In this document: piece by piece, positions 38,358 to 50,148 of the stretch
Layout: every line of letters begins with the position of its first letter
How positions within the stretch are numbered: the stretch's first letter is position 1
NCBI GenBank assembly: GCA_964035545.1
Contig: OZ037766.1
Location: 9,538,722-9,602,721 of the forward strand
Length of the DNA: 64,000 nucleotides
From: Bugula neritina
Taxonomy: Eukaryota; Animalia; Bryozoa
Direction of reading: 5' to 3'
Program-made: the position numbers and the translations under genes
Notes under the pieces: model-generated
What the model was told of the DNA's origin: nothing
The model's input: only the letters and a program-made list of their open reading frames with translations
Database searches by the model: none

Positions 38358-40127
38358 CTAAGTATACTCAGTGTCTACCATAAAAGATATTACAATTTGT
38401 AAGAAATTATTTTCTGATATTGTCTTAGTTGTTACTCTATCTAATCTTTCAGCAATGGCAGCGGCTAACAGGTGCTGACAGTAAGAGGAGGGTATAGACG
38501 TAGGGTTACTCTTAGTCATGTTGTTCTTGAATACAGCACAGCTGCAGCATGGTACGTCAACATTGAAAATATAGAAGAGCTGCCCACCATTTCCAACAAC
38601 CTGCCAATATAACAGCAGAGTAGCAGAAAGAAATAAAGTACTGGCAGTTATATTGCTAACTAAATTATATCAAACAGAACAAAACTGTTAAAAGCAGAAA
38701 TATACTACCAACAATAAATAAAAATGATACTTGAATGCAAAAACATACATTAATTGATAACTTTAAAACACAAGAATATAAATACATGTATTTTATTGTA
38801 CTGTATATAGATATTCATATTTGTGCGTATAATTGCAATGTAGTTTTTACATAAATGCGCCTTATGTAATTTATTATAAGTATACAACAGGTATATATTC
38901 ATAATCTTATAGCATTTAAATTTTAAATGCTAAATACTAAATACACAGACCTGGTGAATATGGCGTCCCAAATTAGTTTGTAACTTAAATACGTGTCCTT
39001 TATCCAAAATATCCAGTGCTCCAACTGAGATGCCAGGAAACAAAATGTTTAGACTAGAAATTCATAAAGAGATGTTAGTTTAGAAGGATTGCAAGAGTAA
39101 ACTTTGTTTCGCAACACTTTATATGTAGTGTATGGAGTGCACAGAAAAACTTATTTAAGCTTTTTCCCTGCAATTGTAACATAATATACTTGAAGATTAT
39201 ACTAACGAGACCATAAGCATAGGTTTATCAACAAAATATTGGAGAGCTACATCTTGCCCTTCGAACCGGGAAAAAGAAAAATTGAATCAATTCTACCAAA
39301 GTCATTGATGACGTTAAGAAGGGTATGGAGGAAAGTTGCTACTGTGCTATTTGTACACCATGATATATGCTGCTGAGGACAAAAAGAGGTTGACAGGATT
39401 TGTTAGAGACTAGTGTTATGATTGTTGTTCAGCAGTGGACAATTGGAGATGTTCTCTCTTGATTTATAGTATCCCATGTTATCAATATGACTTAATTTAA
39501 CGTATATAATACTTTTTATATCATAACAAGGTGTGCATCTCTTAACATAAGGATGTGTGCATCAGAAAAACTTGTGTGATATAGGGAAGGAAAAAATGTT
39601 ACATAAATGCATTACGTAAAGTTAAATAATACCTAAAAGATAACTATTCATAGATGAAAACAAATGACTTGGCAGTATTTTTCATTCCATGTTTTTACTA
39701 CCATCGTTTCAACCATTTCAATATTCTCACCTTGATAGTGCATTGATGTATTCTAAAAAATTAGGTAAATACACAACATGTAGATAATGCAACACAATAA
39801 AATGCAATATAAACTCAAGAAAATGAAATGATCTTGGACACCAAATTAATCAACTGCAGATAAAAGGTTATTCTAGCATCTAATGCGGTTCATCCACACA
39901 AGATAATTCAACATCAATATAAATCAGCCGTGCACTAAAAACAAATTGTTGCAAAATATGGCCGAAAACACACACTATGGAGCAGAAAAAAATTTCCAAA
40001 TTCTATTTTATACAATATGCTTACCTTCAGTCATCATTTTATTAGGAAATGATTTCTTCAAGACTTCACACAACTCATCGAGTAAAACTTTTTTGGGATT
40101 ATATGGCTTAGCAACTTTACTGGCCAT
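38358..40127 (-). CDS. ZSWIM7: SWIM-type zinc finger protein 7 (SWS1; Shu complex, homologous recombination) homolog, 156 aa
   Basis: Exons 40127-40025, 39752-39731 (22 nt), 39053-38951, 38600-38358. Product ...SLNILF..GALDILDKG..GRHIHQVVG..CSC(x19)CQHLLA has the SWIM CxC..CxH motif and aligns with recalled human ZSWIM7 (SLKFLF..ALDLVD..GRRVYQVLG..CSC..CKHLLA). Confidence 0.85.
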
Positions 40128-40850
40128 CAAGTGAAGTATATGTCTGTTCAATATACAATACTGTATTACTTTTACTATTTCACTATATAGTATATATAAT
40201 ATGTGTGCGTTCGTGTGTGTTACATATTCAACATCTTGCAACATTAGTTAAATTGCAGCCAGCACAGCTGAGTGAGTATGATAAATTTAATTATTGTCTA
40301 CGAGCCATGCTCCTAATAATACAAATTTTGTATTTGTCACCAAACCTAAGAAGCAGATTCTAAATTTAAAACTGCATTAAACTTGCATTAAAAGTTATCA
40401 CCCAGATTAGACTTAGTTTCCCATATTTTTCCACTCCTACAACTCTTAATTGCCCCAAAATAAACACGAAGCTTGACTTTTTTGTTCAATAGTAATGAAA
40501 TCAAACTGTCATTACATTTAAAAAGATATGTAATAATTATTGCAATAGTAATAATGTCGATGATGGATTGCTTTATGATAAATATATGTGTTTAATAGTT
40601 ATAGTGCTATATATATATTCAACTGATGAATGAATGTTTTTGAATACCAGGATATAACAATGATAAAATATATTTCTCTCGATGCTTAATTGGTTATGAT
40701 TTTGTGGGTAAGGCCTTGTTTTTTGCATTAATGTTCACATCACTTAGAACTATAGCTGATGCTCAAAGCCTTTGACAAATTGAGTCTACTTTCACCACGA
40801 GCAATTAATTAATAAAGTAAGTATTTTGAATATTGCATGAAATTCAATAA

Positions 40851-41274
40851 GCGTAGGGCCACATGAAGCGTTTTACATGCGCTTGACGTGCAAGAAAACC
40901 CATTTAGACCTGTCACACACATTGCGTGAATTGCAAGTGTGGAAATTTATTAGCTCATCATCTTGGAGTTTAACTTTACTGCTCGCCTACGTTTGTTTTT
41001 AAACTACGTCGTCGGTAAGATATTATTATAAAAGCGGAAATGCAAACTATATGAAATTGTTTTAATTCAGGTCGCTAAAAGCTAAAACGTGAATTAAAAT
41101 AAGTGTGCTCGCCAAATAATAATAAGCCAATTAGATCAAACACGCATGAGCTCTCTGCCCTTCTCGCTCAGCATGTTAGACGCATGAAAATCTCGCACAC
41201 AACGTCCCATTTTTGGGCTACACGGGTTTTCTGGCATGTCACGTGCGTGTAAAACGCTTCGTGTGGCCCTACGC
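40851..41274. mobile_element. MITE-like element with ~50-bp imperfect terminal inverted repeats
   Basis: Left GCGTAGGGCCACATGAAGCGTTTTACATGCGCTTGACGTGCAAGAAAACCC versus reverse complement of right GCGTAGGGCCACACGAAGCGTTTTACACGCACGTGACATGCCAGAAAACCC; TSD ambiguous. Confidence 0.8.
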
Positions 41275-41816
41275 ATAGTAGTTTACAGAAACTAATAATT
41301 CATATTCTACTTTGATCTCAAAAACTAAGTATGTAATAGGGCCTAGTATGAAAATTATTATCATTTACTATATTATTGCCTATAGCTTCAGTTTTACCTA
41401 GGTGCATGAAAAAACTATGAACGCTAAACTAAACAATGATCATCATTTGACCAATAGCAAACTCATGATTGGCTTCGTCATAGCTTTGTTTATTATAATA
41501 ATACGTTGATAGTATGGCCATGACACTCACTGTTAATATAACTATTGATGATACCCCTAGTCCTAGACATAGAACATCAGTATCATTATCAAGAATCAGG
41601 GATTAGTAATGAATAAAGAGTATAACCATAAAATATAGTCATAGTGACGATCACTGTAAGTCTGACTATGATTATCGTAGTGATACTGATAGTGATACTG
41701 ATAGTTCATGGGTGCAGCCATTACAATATTAATTATTGTTGAGCCTAAATTTAAATACTACTTAGTAGTTACTATACTTGAAATAATTATAAAGTTATTT
41801 AAAATAATAATTACTT

Positions 41817-43831
41817 ACTCAAACTTACTCGAAGTGATCATCACACTGGACCGCCCTAGAGGGAGGAAGGGGTGTGCCGCATATGGGTAATGTGTTGGAC
41901 AGTCATTGGTCAATAGTCATACAGTTAGTACTGTTTGGGCTGTATTTACTGAACAGGAACTTAATCCTGTCTATGTAGAGATCTCTGAATTATTGCTTTG
42001 GTTGTGACCAATTTTCAGGTCCCAGATAGTCCTTGGGAGAAAACTGTTCAGGTACTTGGTAGTGTTAGCATCCACTGACTGGTGCTGTCCCCCTGCTTAG
42101 GAGTGAGTCTGTATGGTGCTGTATGTTGATTTGTTCAGCAGCTCACCATAGGCAAAGCTGAGAGCCTGAGAGCCACGCGCTAAGAGAATCTAGATTTCGT
42201 TGAAACCTGCTGCAGTCATTAAATGAAGCTATCTCCTGGTAGACTAGGGTGTCATCAGCAAACAAGGCACATGAGCAGTCAAAACAGTCAGGTAGGTCAT
42301 TAATAAAAATGAGAAAAAATACTGGCCCTAAAACCGATCCTTCTGGCACACCTGAGGTAACTGGTAACAGATCCAAGGTATGACTTTGTAGAACCACTCT
42401 TTGTGTACAATTGGTTAGGAAGTTACTTATCCAGTGTAGAATTTATTCATCCAAATCTGCCATCTCTGAAAGCTTTTTCATTAGAAGGGCATGAGGAACT
42501 CCATCAAATGCTTTAGTGAAGTCTAAAACAGCTGTATGAACAGTTTGGTGGGTATCTGTAGAATGGAGTATATCGTGCATAGTTGCACAGATTTGTGTTT
42601 CACAAGAGAGGCTTTTTCTAAACACGCGCTGCCTATTGTTTAGTTTAGTGTCAGTTTTTTTCCAGCAAGTTTCTCAATACTAAATGCTCTAACATCTTAA
42701 AAGAAATACTTGTTTGTGAAATGGGCCGATAGTTATTGACATTGTTTGTGGACCCCGACTTGTGAAGAGGTGAGATGTTGGCTGTCCTCTATTCTGATGG
42801 AAGCTTTCCAGTGGTAAGAGAAACCTGAAAGATGTAACTAAGACAAACAGCAGTTTGTTCTATGTCTATACTGAGGTCAGCTTTTCGGAGGCCATCCCGT
42901 CCTGGAGCCTTTTCGTATTTTCAGTTGTGAATCCTTGTCGTTACCCCAGAGGCTGATACATTAGGAACTCCTGTGTGGGTACTAGAGCTATGTATGAATA
43001 GTTGATGATCTGTGGCAAACTGTCTGTGAAAATGATGGTTGATCATGTCTGCACATTCCTTAGGGTGAAAGGTGAGTTGGCCATTTTCCTTGACAAGCCT
43101 TACTTGACTCCTTGAGCTTGTACCTTTCAGATGCCTGTAGAAGGGCCTGCTTTTGCCTTCTTGCAGTGGTCTGCACACCCGAGTTTCAACATATTGCTTT
43201 TTAATTTGTTTGAAGATTTTCTGTGAAGATCTGCGATGTGAAGCAGCAAGTTGTTTATCATTTGTATCTTTGCTCTTTTTATATTTATTGTAGAGCTTTC
43301 TTTGCTTGCAGGCCAGTTTCCTTGCTTCCTTGCTAAACCAAACAGGTTCATTTACATTCAGCCTGTTTTGTCGTACAACAATTGGAACAAAGTCACTGAT
43401 TGCTTGTCGTAAACCCCTAGAAAAAACATCCACATTGCTTCCACATCGTCCATGGTTTTTAGCTTAAACTTTATTTCTTGTAGTACTTTCTGGAAGTTGT
43501 TCATATTTACCTTGTGGTATTGCTTAAATAGTGTCTTGAGCACAGAGTTATGGATGTCAGCTAAAACAAATATGTCAACTGAGATGATGGCATGATCACT
43601 CAGTCCTGGAAACACAACATTATGGCTGGCTATTTCTGGGATGTGGTGCAAATTAAATCTAGAGTATTTCCATGAATATGAGTTAGTTCAGCAATCAGCT
43701 GTTGCATGTTCACCTCTGCAAGAATATCAAGGGGATCTAGTTGCAGGGATCGGTCGAGTGTGTAGTGTCCTGGTAACATTAGGTTCCAATCTATTCCCGG
43801 CATGTTCATGTCACCCGATACTCAATTTCTC
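41817..43831 (-). mobile_element. Degenerate 5'-truncated LINE (APE endonuclease C-terminus + reverse transcriptase)
   Basis: Fragments PGLSDHAII (APE SDH), NYRPISQT, AVLDFTKAFDGVPH, SGVPEGSVLGP..FINDL, LFADDT, NSFLPRTI; several frameshifts/stops and an internal deletion; tail (GAGTAAGTTT)n; candidate TSD AATTACTT at 41809-41816 and 43832-43839. Confidence 0.92.
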
Positions 43832-46800
43832 AATTACTTCAATTTACTAATGTGATAATGATAATCGTAACGTCATGATTAATTTCATTAATATTCACAT
43901 TCATATTGTAAGAAGTAAATAGTGAATTGCCATTGACCATTAGTGATTTAGATGGGGCATGACTCATGAGTGTGGTGACTTGCACTATCACTAGAATTAA
44001 ATAAAAATTGAATGCAAACCCCAATTATTATTAACACAAGTGCCAGTGATGTTATCAACTGTAACCAAAAACAATCACAATCACAATGACTATGAATATG
44101 ATTATGACATTTTTTTTATTTTTTAACGATAATCATAATCATAATGATATTCATATTGATAAAAATTCAATTTTGTACTTGCAGTTGCACCTGTTAGGCT
44201 GTTAGTGTTAGTGCTACGCCTACTGTGCTAGGTTACAAAATAGGTGACGAGAGGAAGCTGGTAAGACGATATACTTTACTGAAAGACATTGCAATAAAAT
44301 TTATCACATTTCTCATTATGTGCCATATATTAATATTATTATTGCAGTATGAGTATTGGTGTAATTACAGTTAGTGAGTTACTGAAAAAAAATGTAATCA
44401 GTAATGTGAATGATCTACTTCATTGAGCGGAAGTTCTGAAATATAGCTCAATTGGGATCACTAAAATCGTATTCGCAAATTTAACCCAATGGAGTTCAGG
44501 CCCGGCCACACACTCGTGAGAATCACACAAAATCGTCTATTTCAAACGTATATTTCACATTATCGTAATAATTATTATTTTGAAAGCTTGTAGACGAGCC
44601 ATCCAAATCTACTTTAACTTACTTTTTTTAAAGTGAAAGAAAAATATACTGTATACCACAATCCAGATATGTTCTCATTTGCAGACCTTGCAATTCACGA
44701 TTGGACTTCATTTGTTTGTTATTGGCCAGTTGAGAGGATGTTGTCTTGCAGCAGAACATTATCATATTCTATGTGTTCTAAGACAATTCTTTTTGTCATT
44801 TATTAATTTTAAATTTTATTAGCAGAATTATATTGATATTCATGCTCATATTGTAAAATTACAGTCTTTTACTGGTATAAAAGTTATAGGTATAATGTGG
44901 AATGGTCTATCTTGGCTACAGATTTCATAATTTTGATCCTATTAGCTTTGCACCATAAATTAGAGGATGAATAAAAATACATTAAACAAGCAGTAATCAT
45001 TGGATCTAATGCATGATAATAGAATAGGTATATATTAATTTTGCAAAATTTAAGCGATTATAACAGCAACCATACAAAACGGGCTACATTCAGTTATTTG
45101 CATGAACTAAGCTAATTTTATTCAGTTTCAACAGACTTCTTCAATTTAATTTTGAGAGTTGCCAGGAAAATCAAAGAAAATGTTGCAGAAATTTTATGTA
45201 ATTAGCATACAGTTGGAACAATTGATGTCACGGTTATTTCACTGATAATGCAGGTAAAATTGTTTTAATAGTACCAAAAGATGCACTAGATGTATATAAA
45301 TTATTTTCTCTGTAGGCTCTAAACTAAACCAACACTATAAAAATAATTATTGTTTCATTCATTAGTTGCTAACTTAAAATAGAATATTTATGTATTAAAA
45401 GCATATTATTTCCTTTTGCTACTGGTCAATAAAACAATTTCCAGGTAATGCAAAGTATTTTACCACCAATACTATAAACTTTAAATAATATTATTGCCAT
45501 TTTTATTAATTCATAGACTTATATAATTAACTGCAAGTGTTCTATATGAAAAGCAGTTAATAAAAATATGGAATATAATACTTTGTAATTTTATGTAGTA
45601 GCAGCAATGGTAGTGGTAACTGTACATATACAAGCTTGTGAAAACTATTGTAATAAATATTCAAATATTTCATTTCTGAAAAAGTACTTTATTAATTTTA
45701 GATATATTTCATACATGTAATTTGTGCTGAAAACATTGATAAATAGAATCAAGTTAGTGATGTAACTTAATTTTCATCATATTTCTCTACGGTGATCATA
45801 TATAGTTCAATTTTTACTGAACTTCAACCTGGTTTAGATACTAAATATTATGCTTTATATGGCATTAAACACACCATCAAGTAGCAATTCTTCAGAGATC
45901 ATGGAAATGTTAGCATAGTATGCTATGAGCGCATGAATCTCTCTCATCGGTGATTATATTAACACTTCTATAGTTTTTTACTACTGCAAGTTTTTAAATC
46001 CGTGATTATAATATAATGTTACAAGTCAACTAACGTATACATGGAGTTATCCCCTCTAAGCATAATTCGCTTTTAGGAAGGCCTACTGAACCAGAGTGAT
46101 ATATACCTTTAACTCTTTGGTTTGAACTGATAGTAATTATAGGGATAACATTTAATGGTCAATAATTGGTGTCATTACATTGGTTATGAGTTGTGGGTAA
46201 CAGAATTTAAAAACTGCTGCAGTGCTTTCAATGGAGGGATAACCAGGCCTATTAATTGTAAAATTGTTGGTTATATAACTGGGTGAAGTTTTATAGCCTT
46301 GCAACTAAAAAAGGAAGTAGCCCACGGTATCTACTCAAATAGTTTGTTTCAGTGTAGTTTAGTATTGAAGTGAAATAAAGAAGTCTGATTTTTGTGCTCT
46401 TGCACTTTTTGAAACTCATGTGGTGTATGGGCGTGGTAGAATAGTCACGTGTTACACCAATCAACCACACACAAAGCACCTGCTTTGTATATAGGCATCG
46501 GACGCTTGTATTTGACAACCCCGCTATACAATTATTGCACATTAATCGTTATAATACTATTTATTAGATTGTGCAGTTATACGAAGTTTACACGTTAGTA
46601 ATTCTAGTTCTACAGTTGCACTGTAACGTCAACGTGATCTTGTACGCTTGCATCATCAATGGTAAAGTATAGCTAGTAAAATGTGTGAACTATGTTGTCG
46701 AGATTATTTAGTGGCGACAAAAACAGTCTGCAATCATTACATGACATTGTCATTCACATTTTGATTGCAAGCTCAGATAATCGCTAAGCCTAAGAGCACG

Positions 46801-46929
46801 ACTGCCTACTCCTAGCTCGGGACTTATGCAGATGCCGATGGTAATGATACATGTTTGAGTTTGTAGTTTTGCCCATAACAATAAATGTAATATTATGTTC
46901 TAGTCACCACCTTGACTACCTGAGGGTGA

Positions 46930-47900
46930 ATAGTAAAAGTAATATTATTAGTAATAGCTGTGCTTATTTGATGTATATTAATGTTTTAATTTATTATAAT
47001 TGTTGCATGTATACTATAGGTATAAGTATAAATCAATGTCACTTTTAGTTTACAGTGTGAGTTTAGTAAATGTAATAGTACTAGACCTAAGGCTAGTACT
47101 TGTACTAGTACTACTACTAGTAGTAGTAGTAATACTAATAGTAATACTAAACTAATGCTAAGAGTAATAGTAATACTAATAGCAATAGTATTACTATAAC
47201 TATTAGTATTACCAATAGTACTACTAGTACTATTAGTATTACTATTAGTGATACTGATGGTGATAGTCTTGGTGATAGTAAAAGTACAATGTAATTGTAA
47301 TACTAATGCTAATAGTAATAGTAATAATTAGAACGTAATAGTGATAGTCATACTGATAGTAATAATGATTATGGTGTTCATACTGATACTGATAGTGATA
47401 GTAATACTCATAGTCATACTACTACTATTAGTACGAAGTACTAGTAGTAGTAATACTGATAATCATAATGATAATGATGCTCTAACTCTGATTATGATAA
47501 GCAATATCAAATAATATTAATTCTGTAAACTTTAATAGTATTTAATTGTAAATAATTTAATATTAGAAGCTTCTACTACAAGTTGAAGCTAACTTCAACT
47601 TGTAGTAAACTCTTAGCTCAATCACTATCAGACCCAAGATCAATGATCAATACATGAGTATGAGTATGAGTGAGAATGTGAATCTTTACTAACTTTTACT
47701 TAGTTATAGTCCACTCAGTGATGATTTTAGGCGGTTCAAGTTTTAATTTTATAGTGATTTCTATAAAAATTAGCTTAGCTTTAGCCTTCAACTCTCAAGT
47801 TCAATTGATAATCGTAATGCTGGTCTTTTATGCCATTCTGATCATTAATGTTGATGGTCATAATCATATTGAATCTTAATCATAATGTAATAGGTTTTTT
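46930..47900. repeat. 3-periodic low-complexity tract (AGT/AAT/ACT/GAT triplets) upstream of the CYLD-like gene
   Basis: e.g. agtaatagtaatactaatagcaatagtattactataactattagtatt... Confidence 0.8.
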
Positions 47901-48736
47901 TCTGCTTTGTTGATTTATAATGGAAATAGGGTAATAAATAATTACTATAAAACGATTTGGATGCTCTAATAATTAATTTAATGCTTTATTTTAGACTTGA
48001 AGTAATTCTGCTTAACTAACTAAACATTGTCCAAAAACATTGACCAGCTCACCAAAGTGCTTTTTAGATGTATCAGCTAACTAGATAATTTGATAAGTAA
48101 CCATATGCAAGTCCATAAGTCTAGTCAGTTGTAGATCTGGGTCCTTCAACTCTTAGTTTAATGTAGTTTTGTTACCAAATTTTGTTTACTTGAATTTTTC
48201 ATTTATACTCCTGACATTTGAGATTCATAACTTTTGTTATATATGTTCTTTTTTATTGCTACTGGGCTTGTAAATTGCAAACACTACTCCGGTGACTATT
48301 TTAGTTTAAAAGTTGTTGGTGCATTAAAGCATTTTGAGGTAATTTAGATTCTCATATATCTTTTAATGGCTAGCATACTTTGACTGAAACAAATCTGGAA
48401 ATTTGAGATACTGGAAATTTGAAAACATCTTTTCTATTAAGCAATATGATGTGGAATTTGAAATTGTAAAAGCAAATTACCAAGTGCTTAAAATCTTTCA
48501 GATCACATTTGATAGTTTACGGACGTAGGCAAGGTAATTTTCATGGTTACAACTTGTTAATTAGCTAAATACCTATTTAAATCCATAAGATAGCTAGTGA
48601 TAAATGGTCTTTTAGATCATATACTAAATTTTTAATTTTTGAAATTTGAAATTTGTATTTGAATCGAAATTTGTTTAGTTAGTAATTGAGTGAGAAGCAA
48701 ATTTTGTGTAGCCATATTAGTCTACTAATAGTAATA

Positions 48737-48794
48737 AATATTGTAGCTATAATATTGTAGCTATAATATTGTAGCTATAATATTGTAGCTATAA
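48737..48794. repeat. 14-bp tandem repeat (AATATTGTAGCTAT)x4
   Basis: Four perfect units. Confidence 0.9.
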
Positions 48795-49794
48795 AAGAAC
48801 AAATGATATTAAATGGGATGTGTTAGCCAGCTACTTTGTTGTACAGTTAACATGCATTTGCAAATTTAAATCTCATCCTCTGAGGCAGCAGCAAAAAAAT
48901 CTTGTATTTTTTAAAATGCATAAAATTTTTTATCAAAATCTTACTACGTACAACTTACACTGCTTCCAAAGCTGCTATTATATGCATACGAGAATGTCAC
49001 TCAAGACGGCTCTTTTTGACACTAGGATAAACTATTAACAGTTGAGTGAAAACTAATTAGGAAGGTTAAAGGGTTCCACTTAGTTCAATCTTTGTTTTAG
49101 TTTAATTCAATTGTACATACTGAATTCAAGTGCTCACTCCTATAAATGTTGGGTATTGAATAATCTACATAAATTATTGTCAATATTTATGTTTCCTTCA
49201 ACAGCCATTTGTTAAAATATATCCAGGTATTCATGCAACTTTGCTAATACGTTGGTCAAAAAAACAAGGAAAAATGTATCATAGTCATACAAGTTGAGGA
49301 AGTTTTTTTACCAGTATTATGAGCTTTTCTATTCAGCAGCTTCATTCCATTTGTTCAAAATAAAACTTGCTGATGAATCTTCAATCTTCATAGCCTAAAA
49401 TTTGGCTAATGGACCTGGCATTTGTGTTATACTTGCTATATCAGATAGGTATGACATTTAAATTATTTTTTAAAGCTTTGTAGATGATGGTTTTGTAAAC
49501 GATAGCTTTTATAATGACATTTCTCATCGTCTTGCAGTACTAGCAAATGTCCTGAAGGAGATTGAAGTCTCTAAAAATAAGTTACTGTTGAAGTTGAACT
49601 TTTACTACTATATAGTCGTCTGATAGAAGTATTGACATATTAAACTCACCAACTACATCACCCCTGTGCCTGTAACTTAATTTGTTCTACTAATTGAAGC
49701 CGTATGAATTGATGGCTGATGTAGGCCTTGCCTAGGCCGCTGCTGGCTAACTTTCCAGTTTACACACGTGCAGTATTTTGTTTATTTTTGCAGG

Positions 49795-49862
49795 GTCTGG
49801 ACTGCCCAAGCCTTCAGTTAATGTAATACTCAAATCAGCCAAAAGTCTTAGTTCATACGAAG
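49795..49862 (+). other. Probable 5' UTR exon of the CYLD-like gene
   Basis: tttttgcag| acceptor and AAG|GTAAGA donor; has a stop in the frame of the downstream ATG exon. Confidence 0.55.
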
Positions 49863-50148
49863 GTAAGACTGATGAGCTAGATTGGTAGTCGGCTGTTAAC
49901 AGAACAATTTATTCTACAGTCACTGGAAATGCTATCATTTTTAAGTATTCATAAATTTGAACTAAAATTGGAAATATATAACATTTCATGGATTTTTTAT
50001 TTCCACCTCTCAAAAGCTATATTTAAAATGTAACACTTATTTTTGGTTATTCTTTATTAAAAAGGCGGTGAAAGGTGACCATTTATTAAAAATCTAAAAT
50101 CGTTCAAGATCTGATTGACAAAAAGAATTGTTGAATTGTAGACACACC

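Noticed and set aside
49868-49910. CTGATGAG hammerhead-ribozyme-like core
   Set aside because: No properly placed GAAA or stems; lies at an intron 5' end
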